Virus record (IMG/VR): IMGVR_UViG_3300031088_000775
From: an uncultured virus (IMG/VR IMGVR_UViG_3300031088_000775)
Taxonomy: Duplodnaviria; Heunggongvirae; Uroviricota; Caudoviricetes
Direction: 5' to 3' (one strand)
DNA length: 64,000 nucleotides
The position numbers and the translations under genes were made by a program. Below the pieces are notes generated by a model that made no database searches, was not told the DNA's origin, and worked only from the letters and a program-made list of their open reading frames with translations. How positions within the stretch are numbered: position 1 is the stretch's first letter; each line of letters opens with the position of its first letter. Below, piece by piece: positions 28,899 to 38,648 of the stretch.

Positions 28899-30797
28899 TT
28901 AATCACTTTTATTCAAACCAAATCTCTCATGGAGTTTAGCTATTTCTAACTGTTCTCTTTCTAAAGCTTTTTCTAAAAATTCAGTTGTATTTACCCCTGA
29001 GTTTTGTATGATCATAGCAATTTTAGCACGTATAGTATTTTCAGCCGTGAAAACAACAAGTTCCCGCAATTCAGAAGACAAATATTTCCAAAGATCAACT
29101 AGATCAGATTCGCTTGGAGTCACATTAAGATTATTCATGAAATCCTGCTCAATTAAGAATGAGGCTAATCGAACATGCGTAAACGCTTCGGGAATGATCT
29201 TAGCATCCTGCTTCAATTCAATAACCTCTTTAGCCATAATACGTAGCTCTTTCGGGAACATCATCGCAACTTTAGAAAGATACTTGATAAAGCGGCGATC
29301 ATAAAGAGAAATAGAGACTAATTTCGCTGAAAGATTATAAATATCTTCATTAGCAATTTTAGTAAGAACTTCATCAGTATCAAAACTATTGTCAGTTTCT
29401 AAAGATTCAACAATAGATTCTTTAGCCTCAGACGACGCTTCTGTTTCATCTGAAGACATCTCTTCGCTATTGTCTACAGTCCGAGCTTCTTTAATCAGAG
29501 ATTCTGCTTCATCAACCATCTTCTTAATAGTTTCTACAGAAGTGAATGTATCTAATGCGACTTTCTTAATATAAGCCTCACGAAGTGCTATACTTGTTAC
29601 AGTTTTAAGAATTCGCGCAGCCTTTGAAAGATATTTAGTTGTATCAACTGGAGAGGTTAAATCTAAAGACTCTTTCTCTAGATCGAGAATAAATTCAACA
29701 GCAGGTTTCTTATTCTTCTCTGTAAATTCTAATAAAGCTTCATTACCATTCTTTTGCCTGTAATCATCAGGGTCTGCCCCTTTAGGAAATGTAACGAAGA
29801 ATGACTGCTGATGAATTAGAGGGCTAATCTTGAAAACACTCTTAGCAGCTTTAATTCCGGCTACATCGCCATCAAAAGCAAATACAATCTCGCCCTCTTC
29901 AGAAACTAATCGTCGGCAGATCATAACTTGCTTCTCGCCAAAAGCCGTTCCCGAGCTTGCAACAGTATTAATAGCCCCAGCTTCAACATACGAAGCAACA
30001 TCAAACTGCCCCTCAACTACAATAACACTCTTCTTCTCTCCAGCAAGTTTCTTAGCCTTGCTTAAGTTAAAAAGAACTGAAGACTTATTAAATAGAGGAG
30101 TTTCGGTAGAATTAACGTACTTACCTCTTTTATCAGTGTCGAAAAGCTTTCGAGCAGAGAATCCAATAGGCTTACCTGTAATGTCTGTAATTACAAACAT
30201 TAACCGACCATGCCAGAAGTCACTAATTTTAGAATTCTCATTATATTTTACGCAGACGCCAGTCTGAAGAATAACTTCGTCGGAGTACCCCAGATTCGAT
30301 AGATGCTTATAAAGTTTATCGCGACCATCTGGCGAGTAACCGTAAACCATTTTATCTAGGGAAAGTTTTCTGTTTGTCACTTCAATTTTTGCTGGATGCG
30401 TGTCTTCAAGTTTCCGGAACTCTTTAACAAAGAATAATGCAGCTTCTTTAATACAAGCTCTTAAAGATTTATAGTCGATAGAAGTTGCATCATCAGACAA
30501 CTCTAATTCAATACCTTTATCTTCAGCAAGCTTCTTTACAGCATCAATGAATTCTAGGTTTTCTGTAGCCTGCACGAACTTAATCAAGTCACCTGAGGCG
30601 TTGCAACCAAAGCAGCGATAATTCTGGAAATGCTCGTCTACAACGAATGATGCTGATTTCTCATTGTGGAAGCAGCATAATCCCTTATACTTGTTAACAC
30701 CGGCTGACTTCAGTGCAGTACCTGATTGCTGAATGTAATCCACAATATTATAGGCGTTTTTGATTTCTACGATTACATCTTTAAAGTTCTTGCTCAT
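28899..30797 (-). CDS. dnaG: DNA primase DnaG
   Basis: CHC2 zinc finger (GLCCFHNEKSASF..CFGC), GFSAR, KYVNSTET, Toprim VEGQFDV and FDGDVAG, DPDD. Confidence 0.95.
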   Translation of the reverse strand: MSKNFKDVIVEIKNAYNIVDYIQQSGTALKSAGVNKYKGLCCFHNEKSASFVVDEHFQNYRCFGCNASGDLIKFVQATENLEFIDAVKKLAEDKGIELELSDDATSIDYKSLRACIKEAALFFVKEFRKLEDTHPAKIEVTNRKLSLDKMVYGYSPDGRDKLYKHLSNLGYSDEVILQTGVCVKYNENSKISDFWHGRLMFVITDITGKPIGFSARKLFDTDKRGKYVNSTETPLFNKSSVLFNLSKAKKLAGEKKSVIVVEGQFDVASYVEAGAINTVASSGTAFGEKQVMICRRLVSEEGEIVFAFDGDVAGIKAAKSVFKISPLIHQQSFFVTFPKGADPDDYRQKNGNEALLEFTEKNKKPAVEFILDLEKESLDLTSPVDTTKYLSKAARILKTVTSIALREAYIKKVALDTFTSVETIKKMVDEAESLIKEARTVDNSEEMSSDETEASSEAKESIVESLETDNSFDTDEVLTKIANEDIYNLSAKLVSISLYDRRFIKYLSKVAMMFPKELRIMAKEVIELKQDAKIIPEAFTHVRLASFLIEQDFMNNLNVTPSESDLVDLWKYLSSELRELVVFTAENTIRAKIAMIIQNSGVNTTEFLEKALEREQLEIAKLHERFGLNKSD

Positions 30798-30954
30798 TCT
30801 CTAAGTTCGCTCCACTTCTTACAAAAAATTGAATACTAATTATTGTACCGAATATTTTTTAAAATTATCAATCTACACATTTCTTGCGCTTTTAAGGGGC
30901 TAGATGCAATAAAACATCTAACCCCTTAATCAAAATTTGAAAATTATTAAGAAA

Positions 30955-31218
30955 TTAATCCCAAATATCGTCATCATCTTCAACTGATTCGACACCAGCT
31001 AAAGCGTTAATCTTTTTAGGGTCAAAGCCCTCCCAAGAATCATTTTCTGTCTTTACTACAGGCATCATTCTGCGACCTTCGCTCTTAAGCATTTCTCGAG
31101 CTTCAGGTGTTTCAACAATGTCTACAGTCTCAAATTCTAAATTAAGCTCTTTGAAAAGATTCTTAGTGTCTTCGCACTGTGAGCAGTCAGGCTTAGTGTA
31201 AATTACTGTTTTTGACAT
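30955..31218 (-). CDS. nrdH: Glutaredoxin-like NrdH redoxin
   Basis: IYTKPDCSQC..TK and MPVV..WEGF motifs. Start placed at MSKTVI, behind a GGAG RBS. Confidence 0.85.
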   Translation of the reverse strand: MSKTVIYTKPDCSQCEDTKNLFKELNLEFETVDIVETPEAREMLKSEGRRMMPVVKTENDSWEGFDPKKINALAGVESVEDDDDIWD

Positions 31219-31243
31219 TTTATTTATATTCTCCATATATCTT

Positions 31244-31816
31244 TTATTTTTCATCTATAAGTACTGGACTCAAACTGAACATCGTAATCCATCGAGTGTA
31301 ATGTTGGTATTCTAATATTGACTCTTTAACATCATCAAGAGCCCTATGCTTAGGGTTTTTGAAGTACTTCGGAAAACCGCTATTTGCAGACAAAACTATT
31401 GAAAGCGTGGTAGCGTCTATAGATCTGAAAGAGATCATACTATAAAATTTGGGAAGATTACTAGCAATAAAATTTCGATCTGTAGTTACTGAATTACCAC
31501 CAAAGTAAAGAATCGTCTTTTCTTCGCAATTCGTTTCTAACCATCTTACCATTTCTTTGTCTATTATTTCAGTTGTTTTAGACTTTTTATTCCAGAGGTC
31601 ACTCCATAAACCAGATTTCTCATGCATGATTTTAACTTTATCAACTGATTTTGAAATAATTGAAGAAATATTCTTAACACTTACTAAAGAGTGGTAGGGC
31701 TCGCTGATAATATTTCCTTTTAGATCAGTGATTAACGCTGCCACCTCTAAAAGCTCGTCCGACTCTGGAGAGGTCCCTGAAAATTCAGTATCAATCCATA
31801 CGATTGACTCTTTCAT
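31244..31816 (-). CDS. orn: Oligoribonuclease (DEDDh exonuclease)
   Basis: VWIDTEFSG, EVAALITD, MHEKSGL, GNSV..DR.F, HRALDDVKESI. Confidence 0.88.
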   Translation of the reverse strand: MKESIVWIDTEFSGTSPESDELLEVAALITDLKGNIISEPYHSLVSVKNISSIISKSVDKVKIMHEKSGLWSDLWNKKSKTTEIIDKEMVRWLETNCEEKTILYFGGNSVTTDRNFIASNLPKFYSMISFRSIDATTLSIVLSANSGFPKYFKNPKHRALDDVKESILEYQHYTRWITMFSLSPVLIDEK

Positions 31817-31935
31817 TTAGCCTTCTCGCTCTCATTTTTCTTTAAGAAACTTAAAGACTTAATTCTCTTGAATTTCTTTTTGTAAGAATAGACTTTCTCA
31901 TCTATATCTTCACTAGACGAATTCTTTTCGTTCAT
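31813..31935 (-). CDS. Small 40-aa protein not in ORF track
   Basis: MNEKNSSSEDIDEKVYSYKKKFKRIKSLSFLKKNESEKAK; AGAAAGG RBS; its TGA overlaps the orn ATG (ATGA). Confidence 0.55.
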   Translation of the reverse strand: MNEKNSSSEDIDEKVYSYKKKFKRIKSLSFLKKNESEKAK

Positions 31936-31960
31936 ATAAAACCTTTCTTAAGGGTTTAGT

Positions 31961-32110
31961 AGACTGCAGCCTAAGACAGTATTTTAGCTCTTAGGGTATA
32001 GTCATACAGTAAGCAGCATTTTGCAGTAAAACTGCCTTTTTTAATGAAAACACCACCTAGTTAGCAACGCTATAGCGTGCGTACTAGAGGGGTCTTAGTA
32101 GCGCAGTTTT
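31961..32110 (+). repeat. Intergenic structured repeat, copy 1
   Basis: TAGCTCTTAGGGTATAGTCATACAGTAA...AAAACTGC...ACCACCTAGT...GGTCTTAGTAGCGCAGTTTT, shared with the copies at 45431 and 56215. Confidence 0.85.
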
Positions 32111-32168
32111 TAGACTGATTCTATTTTTTTATTTTTTCATTCTTTTAACTCGTTTTATAAAGTTTTAG

Positions 32169-32447
32169 TTAATCATTGTCATTATCAGATTCTTCATGCT
32201 TCAAGTCCATTACAAAATTTCTAATAGACTCAGTTGAATAACCTGAAGAAGCACCATCAACAATTAAGTGCAGGATAGCTAAATCCTTAAACTCATTAAC
32301 TGGAGCGCCATATTTTATCTCGACTAAAGCTTTATGTATCGCTTCTACTAGCAAGAGGGTCAAGCTTGGCTTATCGTCAGCCTCTTTAGCGTGAATTCTT
32401 TTATTCTCTTGAGTTAAAATACCTATGAGGTCATCGAGTTTAGACAT
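32169..32447 (-). CDS. Hypothetical protein
   Basis: 92-aa ORF with RBS. Confidence 0.6.
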   Translation of the reverse strand: MSKLDDLIGILTQENKRIHAKEADDKPSLTLLLVEAIHKALVEIKYGAPVNEFKDLAILHLIVDGASSGYSTESIRNFVMDLKHEESDNDND

Positions 32448-32475
32448 TTTTGTAAAATCTTTCTATAGTACAGAC

Positions 32476-32603
32476 TAAAAACCGGTATCAACTGGCAATG
32501 AAGATGAAGAGCTTATATAAGTTTTGAAAGCTTCTGCTTCGATCCAGTTGATACCGGTTGTGTTACAGCTCGTATGGATCGTAATAGCGTTTTACCACCG
32601 GCT
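32476..32603 (-). ncRNA. Candidate small RNA ending in a long hairpin/terminator
   Basis: TGATATT promoter motif at 32611-32617, then ~130 nt containing a 16-bp perfect stem (32480-32495/32544-32559) followed by a U-run. Confidence 0.35.
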
Positions 32604-32619
32604 GAAAACTAATATCAAT

Positions 32620-33816
32620 TTATGTGTTGATAAGAGGACGTTTACTTTTCAAATCCTCAAACCAAGGTGTTATTCTATTTTCTAAATACTGCTTCATAGA
32701 AATACCATGCCCTGGAGAAATTTCTTCACCTTTTTCTATTCGATAAGTAAAACGCTGATTGTCATTGATTCTAGCTTCAACAATAGCATAATCTAAGTCT
32801 GTAGTTTCTAAAGCGTAAAGAACTTGGGCTCTATAGCCTACAGGAACACCTTTCTCCCAAGCCTCAGGATAAGACCCTGTTTTAATTTCTAGTAAGCAAT
32901 TTGGCTTACCATCAGGGCGATCTGACATGACTCCATCAAGATTGATTACTTGCCATTCATTCTTTGGATGTTGATACTGAGCTTTAGCGTTATAGACTGT
33001 ATATTGTGGATTTTCCTTGATAAAGTCATCGCGAATTCTATCTTCCCACACTCTACCTATATACAAAGGGCCGGATTTCATTGAATTAACTTTATGGATA
33101 TTCTTAGGTTCCTCAACTATAGTCTTGCTTTTTTCGACTTTAGAAAGAGCTAACTTAGCATAACTTGGGAGTTCATTCGGAGGTGTGAAGTCTATAGTTG
33201 CTATTGAAGAAACATCTGACGCACCGATACGATTATGGCGCGCTTGAACCCATTCGACTGTGTTTGGTTCTAAACTATCAATCTTTTTAGCTATACCAAT
33301 ATATCTATCATCGTCAAGTTTCTTAGATAGAGGTTTATAAAAATCACTAGATATGTAAGCCTCAACAATTTCAGCTGATCGATCACGATACTCTCTAAGA
33401 TGATTTGAAAGCATTCTATATGTTTCAGAGTCTGAACTTACTCCAGAGCTAGACTCTGAAGGCTTAAAATTCTGAAGTCTATTATAGAAATCAAAAGTAT
33501 TTTTAGCTCTAACGTCAATAATTTCATTAACTTCTTTATGAATCTTTGGAGAACTATTAATGTAGTTTAACAGTTCGTCTGAAGGAAGAATATCCATGCT
33601 GACTGAAATATTATCTTTAATCGACTTAGACATTTCAACTTTTTGCTTTTTAAAAGATTCAAGAGGATTGTTACTCCTCATAGACTCTTCATAAGCCTTT
33701 AATCCATCTGCTTCTGAATCATAATGTGGAGAATCACTCCCATAAAAACAGTTACCGGGTTTAGCTCTACAAACACCTACTACCCCAGTTTCAGGATTAA
33801 CATGATACTTAGCCAT
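32620..33816 (-). CDS. YqaJ/lambda-exonuclease family protein with N-terminal His/Cys module
   Basis: EWVQAR..IGASDV, G..WEDRI, NLDG, LEIKT, YRAQV. Confidence 0.85.
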   Translation of the reverse strand: MAKYHVNPETGVVGVCRAKPGNCFYGSDSPHYDSEADGLKAYEESMRSNNPLESFKKQKVEMSKSIKDNISVSMDILPSDELLNYINSSPKIHKEVNEIIDVRAKNTFDFYNRLQNFKPSESSSGVSSDSETYRMLSNHLREYRDRSAEIVEAYISSDFYKPLSKKLDDDRYIGIAKKIDSLEPNTVEWVQARHNRIGASDVSSIATIDFTPPNELPSYAKLALSKVEKSKTIVEEPKNIHKVNSMKSGPLYIGRVWEDRIRDDFIKENPQYTVYNAKAQYQHPKNEWQVINLDGVMSDRPDGKPNCLLEIKTGSYPEAWEKGVPVGYRAQVLYALETTDLDYAIVEARINDNQRFTYRIEKGEEISPGHGISMKQYLENRITPWFEDLKSKRPLINT

Positions 33817-34005
33817 TTCATTTCCACCTTTAAGTTTGTTTTAAATCATATATTTTTCTAAAAACAAAAATAAAAACTACAGTTTCTTGTTAATCACATA
33901 ACCCTAAATTAAAACTAACTCTAGAAAAGGGTAGTATAAAAAGCCTAAAATAAAAAGACTCTTTATACTACCCTTATATATTCTTAAAATATGGTATTTT
34001 AAAAA

Positions 34006-35292
34006 TTATAAAGCTGAAACTTCGCCAGCCTCTGGAGTTCGACCCCAATCAAAACCATAATGACTACCCTTCTTCACAAAGTCTGAATCGTTAGGGATAA
34101 AATCACCCTCAACCTTAGAGGTAGTCTGTTCAGGATGGTATGCTCGAACTCTTTGCACATTTTCAAGACTTTCGAGAATTGGTCGCAATTGGACCCATTC
34201 GCTACCGAAGTTACTTGAAAGAGGATTATTCTTGAATTCTTCACCATCAAAGTAGCCGCCGATGTTTCTAGCAATAGCGAAGTGCTCGAATGGGCTCATA
34301 TGACGCAGTTTTAGGAGACGCTTACCTAATGCAACGCTTGCTGTATTCTTAGTTTCAGTAGCTTTATCGTGGTATGAGACCTGGGCTGCAGAAGCTGAAG
34401 ACTTCATACCGATTTCAATAAGCTCCTCGAGTGTTGCATTATTAAGATTAGCCTGCTCTTCAATTGAAATGAATGGAGCGTGAACATTGCTAATATGAGG
34501 AGTATGAACATTAATTGCTTCATTCATTAAAAATGCGATAGCAGCAATTTCAGGCTGAGCAGTGTTCGGCCCATCTTCAAGATCATACGCTAAACCTTCA
34601 CGAAGCTCCATGAAGTTTACTAGAGTATTTGAAGACATGACAACCTCTTGCCACATGAAAGGTTCTAGAAGTCTATTGAAGTTCTGCTTATGAACAGATA
34701 ACATCCTATCGTTACCTTCAGCAGTATACTCTTCATAATACAGGTCAATGTACTTTTCGTAGTTTTCTGCAACTTCGCGGTCACTAATTTCCGCATCAAT
34801 GTAACCCTCACCAAGAAGAAGCTTAAGAGCGCCGCGGACTGCATGATCCCGTGACTCTAGCCATAGATCTTTAGCTTCTTCGTATTCAGAACCGGACATG
34901 ATTACACCGCTCATGCCCTTTTGGTTCTTAGTGAAGATTGGAATAACTGGATCAACCATTACGTCTCGAATTGTAGTCTTTACTGATCGAGCTCTCGATG
35001 ATGCTGAGTTACGTGAAAAGACTCTGTGAGTATTAAATTCAGCAAGAACATAACGCGGGAATCGAACTACCCAAGTGTTGATTCGAGCCTTATTGTCTGG
35101 AGCATATCCTCTATTTGCTAAGTAGGCCTCATCATCTAAGCCCGGTCCAGCAATAGTGTCTTTAATGAGGATTGCTTTATAGCCTGCGAAGGCTGGAAGA
35201 TTCTTGTTATAAGTAACTTCAAGAAACTTCTCATTATCTCCACCAAAGGAAAGAGGGATGTAGTTAAAGTCGACATCTCCGTGTTTAAGCAT
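34006..35292 (-). CDS. thyX: FAD-dependent thymidylate synthase (phage/actinobacterial type)
   Basis: AEFNTHRVFSRNSASSRA, HKQNFNRLLEPF, AQPEI, HMSPFEH. Confidence 0.9.
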   Translation of the reverse strand: MLKHGDVDFNYIPLSFGGDNEKFLEVTYNKNLPAFAGYKAILIKDTIAGPGLDDEAYLANRGYAPDNKARINTWVVRFPRYVLAEFNTHRVFSRNSASSRARSVKTTIRDVMVDPVIPIFTKNQKGMSGVIMSGSEYEEAKDLWLESRDHAVRGALKLLLGEGYIDAEISDREVAENYEKYIDLYYEEYTAEGNDRMLSVHKQNFNRLLEPFMWQEVVMSSNTLVNFMELREGLAYDLEDGPNTAQPEIAAIAFLMNEAINVHTPHISNVHAPFISIEEQANLNNATLEELIEIGMKSSASAAQVSYHDKATETKNTASVALGKRLLKLRHMSPFEHFAIARNIGGYFDGEEFKNNPLSSNFGSEWVQLRPILESLENVQRVRAYHPEQTTSKVEGDFIPNDSDFVKKGSHYGFDWGRTPEAGEVSAL

Positions 35293-35438
35293 TCTATAGC
35301 CTTTCAGTTTTATTTTATGATTCGTTAAAGATTGTACCGAAAGTTTTCTAAAAACTCATTGCATAGAATCACTTATTAAAATTGATTATCCCTTGTGCTA
35401 TGTTTCACTTTTAAAAAGAAAGGATTATGACCATACTT

Positions 35439-35475
35439 CGCTAGCGGGCTAGATATATTTTCTAGCCCGCTAGCG
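35439..35475 (-). terminator. Intrinsic terminator
   Basis: 15-bp inverted repeat CGCTAGCGGGCTAGA/TCTAGCCCGCTAGCG. Confidence 0.65.
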
Positions 35476-35503
35476 CTTTAAATGCTAAACGTTAAGAAGA
35501 CTA

Positions 35504-38083
35504 TTAATTCTTATCGAATTCTTTAGCAATTTCGTCTAGTTCTGATCCCACATAGTCTAGAACCATCTTTTCAAGTTCAGTTGTGAAGTTTTCTCTAGTA
35601 CCGCACATAACAGTAGAAATTATTTTCTTTTCAACTGAAGACGAGAATAATTGACTATTCATGAAATTACAAAAAGCGTTAATCTTAAGATAAGATTTTT
35701 CGTCAATAGCTTCTTTAAATAACTCTAAACGTTTATCATGGTTAACAGATGATAAATCATTACAGATTACTCTCTCATCTTCAGTATAGTCTGTTACAGC
35801 AATATTAACCATTTCTTTAAGATCAGGTTCAGAAATACTTAACTTAAGATGTTCTAAACCATCTCTACAATGAATGTAAAACCGATTATTACGAAGGAAG
35901 AATTTTAGAGCAATATCTCTATTCACACTAGAAATTGATGATTCAAGATATTGTCCTGAGTAAGTCTTTTTCTCAATAATCTCTTTTGCAGGTTTTGTTT
36001 TTCCATTGAACTTTGACGAAACATAAGCTTTATCATAGTCTTTTAGGAGGTTAAGAACTTTTATAGTTAGAGGATTTCCTCCATCTCTATTTCCCAATCT
36101 TGAAACTACAAAAACTTTTTCGCCTTTAGGTATTTCAAGACCAGCATTAATTAACCCGATAATGATAGACTTTACGTCAGAAATGTCATAGTAACGCTCG
36201 GTAATTAAGAATGAAATATTCTTCTCTTTGATAGCTTCAGTTAGATTAATTTGTTCAGTAGAGTAACGCTTATATGAAAGATAATTAAACCCATTCATAA
36301 AATCATCTTCATCCAGATTAGAGCGACCCTTATTAACAACAATCTCAGAACCGATTAAATAAACTTCTTCTTTATCAGAGGATTCTTTCTTAATTTTACT
36401 CTGATTCTTAGTCAATTCTTTAATCTTTTTAACAGTCTTCGTGAGATCACACACTGAAATTTTAATGTCATAAAGCTTCTCAATGTTAGCAATATCTTCT
36501 TTATCAGGCTCCTCAACCATATAAGCGATATAGCTTGAGTTGCTGAAGTTAGAAGAGAATACTTTACGATTACGAGATAGAGTTTTAATTCCAGCTTCAG
36601 TAACATTAGTAAAAAGAGTCATTCCTGAATTTTTCAAATGGAAATTACTTAGAAATAGCAACTGCTCAAGAGTTTTTGACTCACCTTTAATGAAGTTACT
36701 AAGAATATGTGAATTATTCTCTGTAATCTTATGGCTATGTGCTCTTAATTCTACAATGCTATCATAATTTGAAATAGGGTTATAGAAAGAGTAAGTAACA
36801 TTAGATTCTGTAGAAACTACACTGTAAGACTTTAAAGAGCTTTCGCTAATACTAGCGTATTCAAGCGGGTCGAAGCCTGATGAATTTGCGAAAATATCCT
36901 TAGGTATTTCACGCTGAGTATCGTAGTTATATCTTCTGTATACTGATCCTTGTCGTGTATCAATTAAGAATTTATCATTCTCAAAAGAAATACGATTATA
37001 CTTAATATATGAAGCAGCTAATTCTACTAGCTCTCTCTCGCTCATACGGTCAAGAACTTTAATGATTTTAGACTTCACATCATCAACTGATTCGAATAGC
37101 TGCTGCTTAACATAAGAATCGAGAGCGCGAGAATTATCATTAGAAATAATATTTGTTCTCGATGGGTCAAAATCGACAATTTTCGGCTTAATTTCAACAA
37201 TTAACTTAGTGTCGCGGAATTGGCTTCGATACTCAGAGCTATTTGGATTTTCATACAACCAGCCACCAAGAATATAGTGCGAGGGAGAAATTGAGTTACC
37301 ATTGATAATTGAAGAAATAATGCTATTAGACTGACTGCGAAGAATATATGCTTTACCATACTTTGGATTCTTCTCATCACGATTAAGCCGAACTTCTGAC
37401 AGTTCGATATAGTCTTCAAGAGGAGTAGTAGCAACTCCATCAATAAGAATTTTAGCTCCGACAGCGAATTTAGAATAAGAAGAAATAGCAGTCTTGAACT
37501 CACTAAAATCGTTCTCTTTTACTGGAATCTCTACTCTAGTTCCATTCGAAAGATCAGTTGGCTTGCTATAAAGGATACGAGTCTTGCTCTTATCAGAAAG
37601 TCGCGAAATAATAGCCTTAGTAGTTATTCCATCCTTAGTTGTAATAACAGTAAACTCATTGCAATAAGCTAGAGGGGCCTTTGAACCCAATCCATACTCG
37701 CCAATAGTGTCGACTAGCGGTTCTTCATCGTTAGAGTCTTCACTAGGCTTGCCTTTAGTTGATCCGCCATACTTAACAAGGTTATCAACAAGAGTTTGCA
37801 GACTCATTCCGCAACCAAAATCTTCAACAGTAAAAAATGGGTTAAAAACGCTAGGACTTGAAACCTCAATAGCCTTACGCATAGACTCAGGGAGCGCTTG
37901 AGTTGCATCAATAGCGTTAGAAATAACTTCGCGGACTGTACCCTCAACAGGCTTAGGATACATATCAGTTAAAAGTTTAATAAAAAGCGGGATAGCCGCT
38001 TTATCAATTGTCATCTCAATCTCTTCAAATGAGTCCTCACTAAGAGAGATTTCTTTAAACGTTGCTTTACTATCTGATAACAT
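35504..38083 (-). CDS. RIIA-like protein (N-terminal GHKL/HSP90-type ATPase)
   Basis: LTDMYPKP..VREVISNAIDA, VEDFGCGMS, YGGSTK, IGEYGLGSKAPLAY, NGTRVEIPV, FDPSR: the architecture of phage rIIA proteins. Confidence 0.75.
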   Translation of the reverse strand: MLSDSKATFKEISLSEDSFEEIEMTIDKAAIPLFIKLLTDMYPKPVEGTVREVISNAIDATQALPESMRKAIEVSSPSVFNPFFTVEDFGCGMSLQTLVDNLVKYGGSTKGKPSEDSNDEEPLVDTIGEYGLGSKAPLAYCNEFTVITTKDGITTKAIISRLSDKSKTRILYSKPTDLSNGTRVEIPVKENDFSEFKTAISSYSKFAVGAKILIDGVATTPLEDYIELSEVRLNRDEKNPKYGKAYILRSQSNSIISSIINGNSISPSHYILGGWLYENPNSSEYRSQFRDTKLIVEIKPKIVDFDPSRTNIISNDNSRALDSYVKQQLFESVDDVKSKIIKVLDRMSERELVELAASYIKYNRISFENDKFLIDTRQGSVYRRYNYDTQREIPKDIFANSSGFDPLEYASISESSLKSYSVVSTESNVTYSFYNPISNYDSIVELRAHSHKITENNSHILSNFIKGESKTLEQLLFLSNFHLKNSGMTLFTNVTEAGIKTLSRNRKVFSSNFSNSSYIAYMVEEPDKEDIANIEKLYDIKISVCDLTKTVKKIKELTKNQSKIKKESSDKEEVYLIGSEIVVNKGRSNLDEDDFMNGFNYLSYKRYSTEQINLTEAIKEKNISFLITERYYDISDVKSIIIGLINAGLEIPKGEKVFVVSRLGNRDGGNPLTIKVLNLLKDYDKAYVSSKFNGKTKPAKEIIEKKTYSGQYLESSISSVNRDIALKFFLRNNRFYIHCRDGLEHLKLSISEPDLKEMVNIAVTDYTEDERVICNDLSSVNHDKRLELFKEAIDEKSYLKINAFCNFMNSQLFSSSVEKKIISTVMCGTRENFTTELEKMVLDYVGSELDEIAKEFDKN

Positions 38084-38176
38084 CTATTCCTCAACTTTCC
38101 GGCTTACATAATTATTAATTTATATTCTATCAAAATTAAGTCAAATAGTCAAAACGTCTTAAAAATAACTCTAAAA

Positions 38177-38611
38177 TTACTCATAGGAGTTAACTTCATA
38201 CTTAGGAGTAGAATTCTCTAAGTCAAAAACACTTTCTTCAACAATAGCACTCTGCTTCACTTCAACAACTTTTAACTCACTTGTGACTGGATACGATTCG
38301 TTAACTTTCTTTAAAGACAATCTCTTTGACTTCTCTTTAAGAACCTTTTTACGAACTTTAAGAAAATAGAATAAAAACCCTATAGGCCAAAAACCATAAA
38401 TCGAGATGAAAAGCCACCACTGCTTTGGCTCATTCGCCGCTAACCAGTCACTATCAACTGTAGAATTAAACTCTTTATTGACTCTAATTGATGCAATCAT
38501 CCAAAAAATAATGAAAGCGAAGAAAAGAATCATATCAAAAATAGGGTGAATAATAGCGAAACCTATCTTCCATGAGAAAAACAACCTAACGCTAAGCAAT
38601 ATCAATAACAA
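38177..38611 (-). CDS. Hypothetical membrane protein
   Basis: Hydrophobic 144-aa ORF; start uncertain (TTG). Confidence 0.55.
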   Translation of the reverse strand: MLLILLSVRLFFSWKIGFAIIHPIFDMILFFAFIIFWMIASIRVNKEFNSTVDSDWLAANEPKQWWLFISIYGFWPIGFLFYFLKVRKKVLKEKSKRLSLKKVNESYPVTSELKVVEVKQSAIVEESVFDLENSTPKYEVNSYE

Positions 38612-38648
38612 AAGTTATAGAAATCACTAAAGCGCTAAGTTGTTAACC

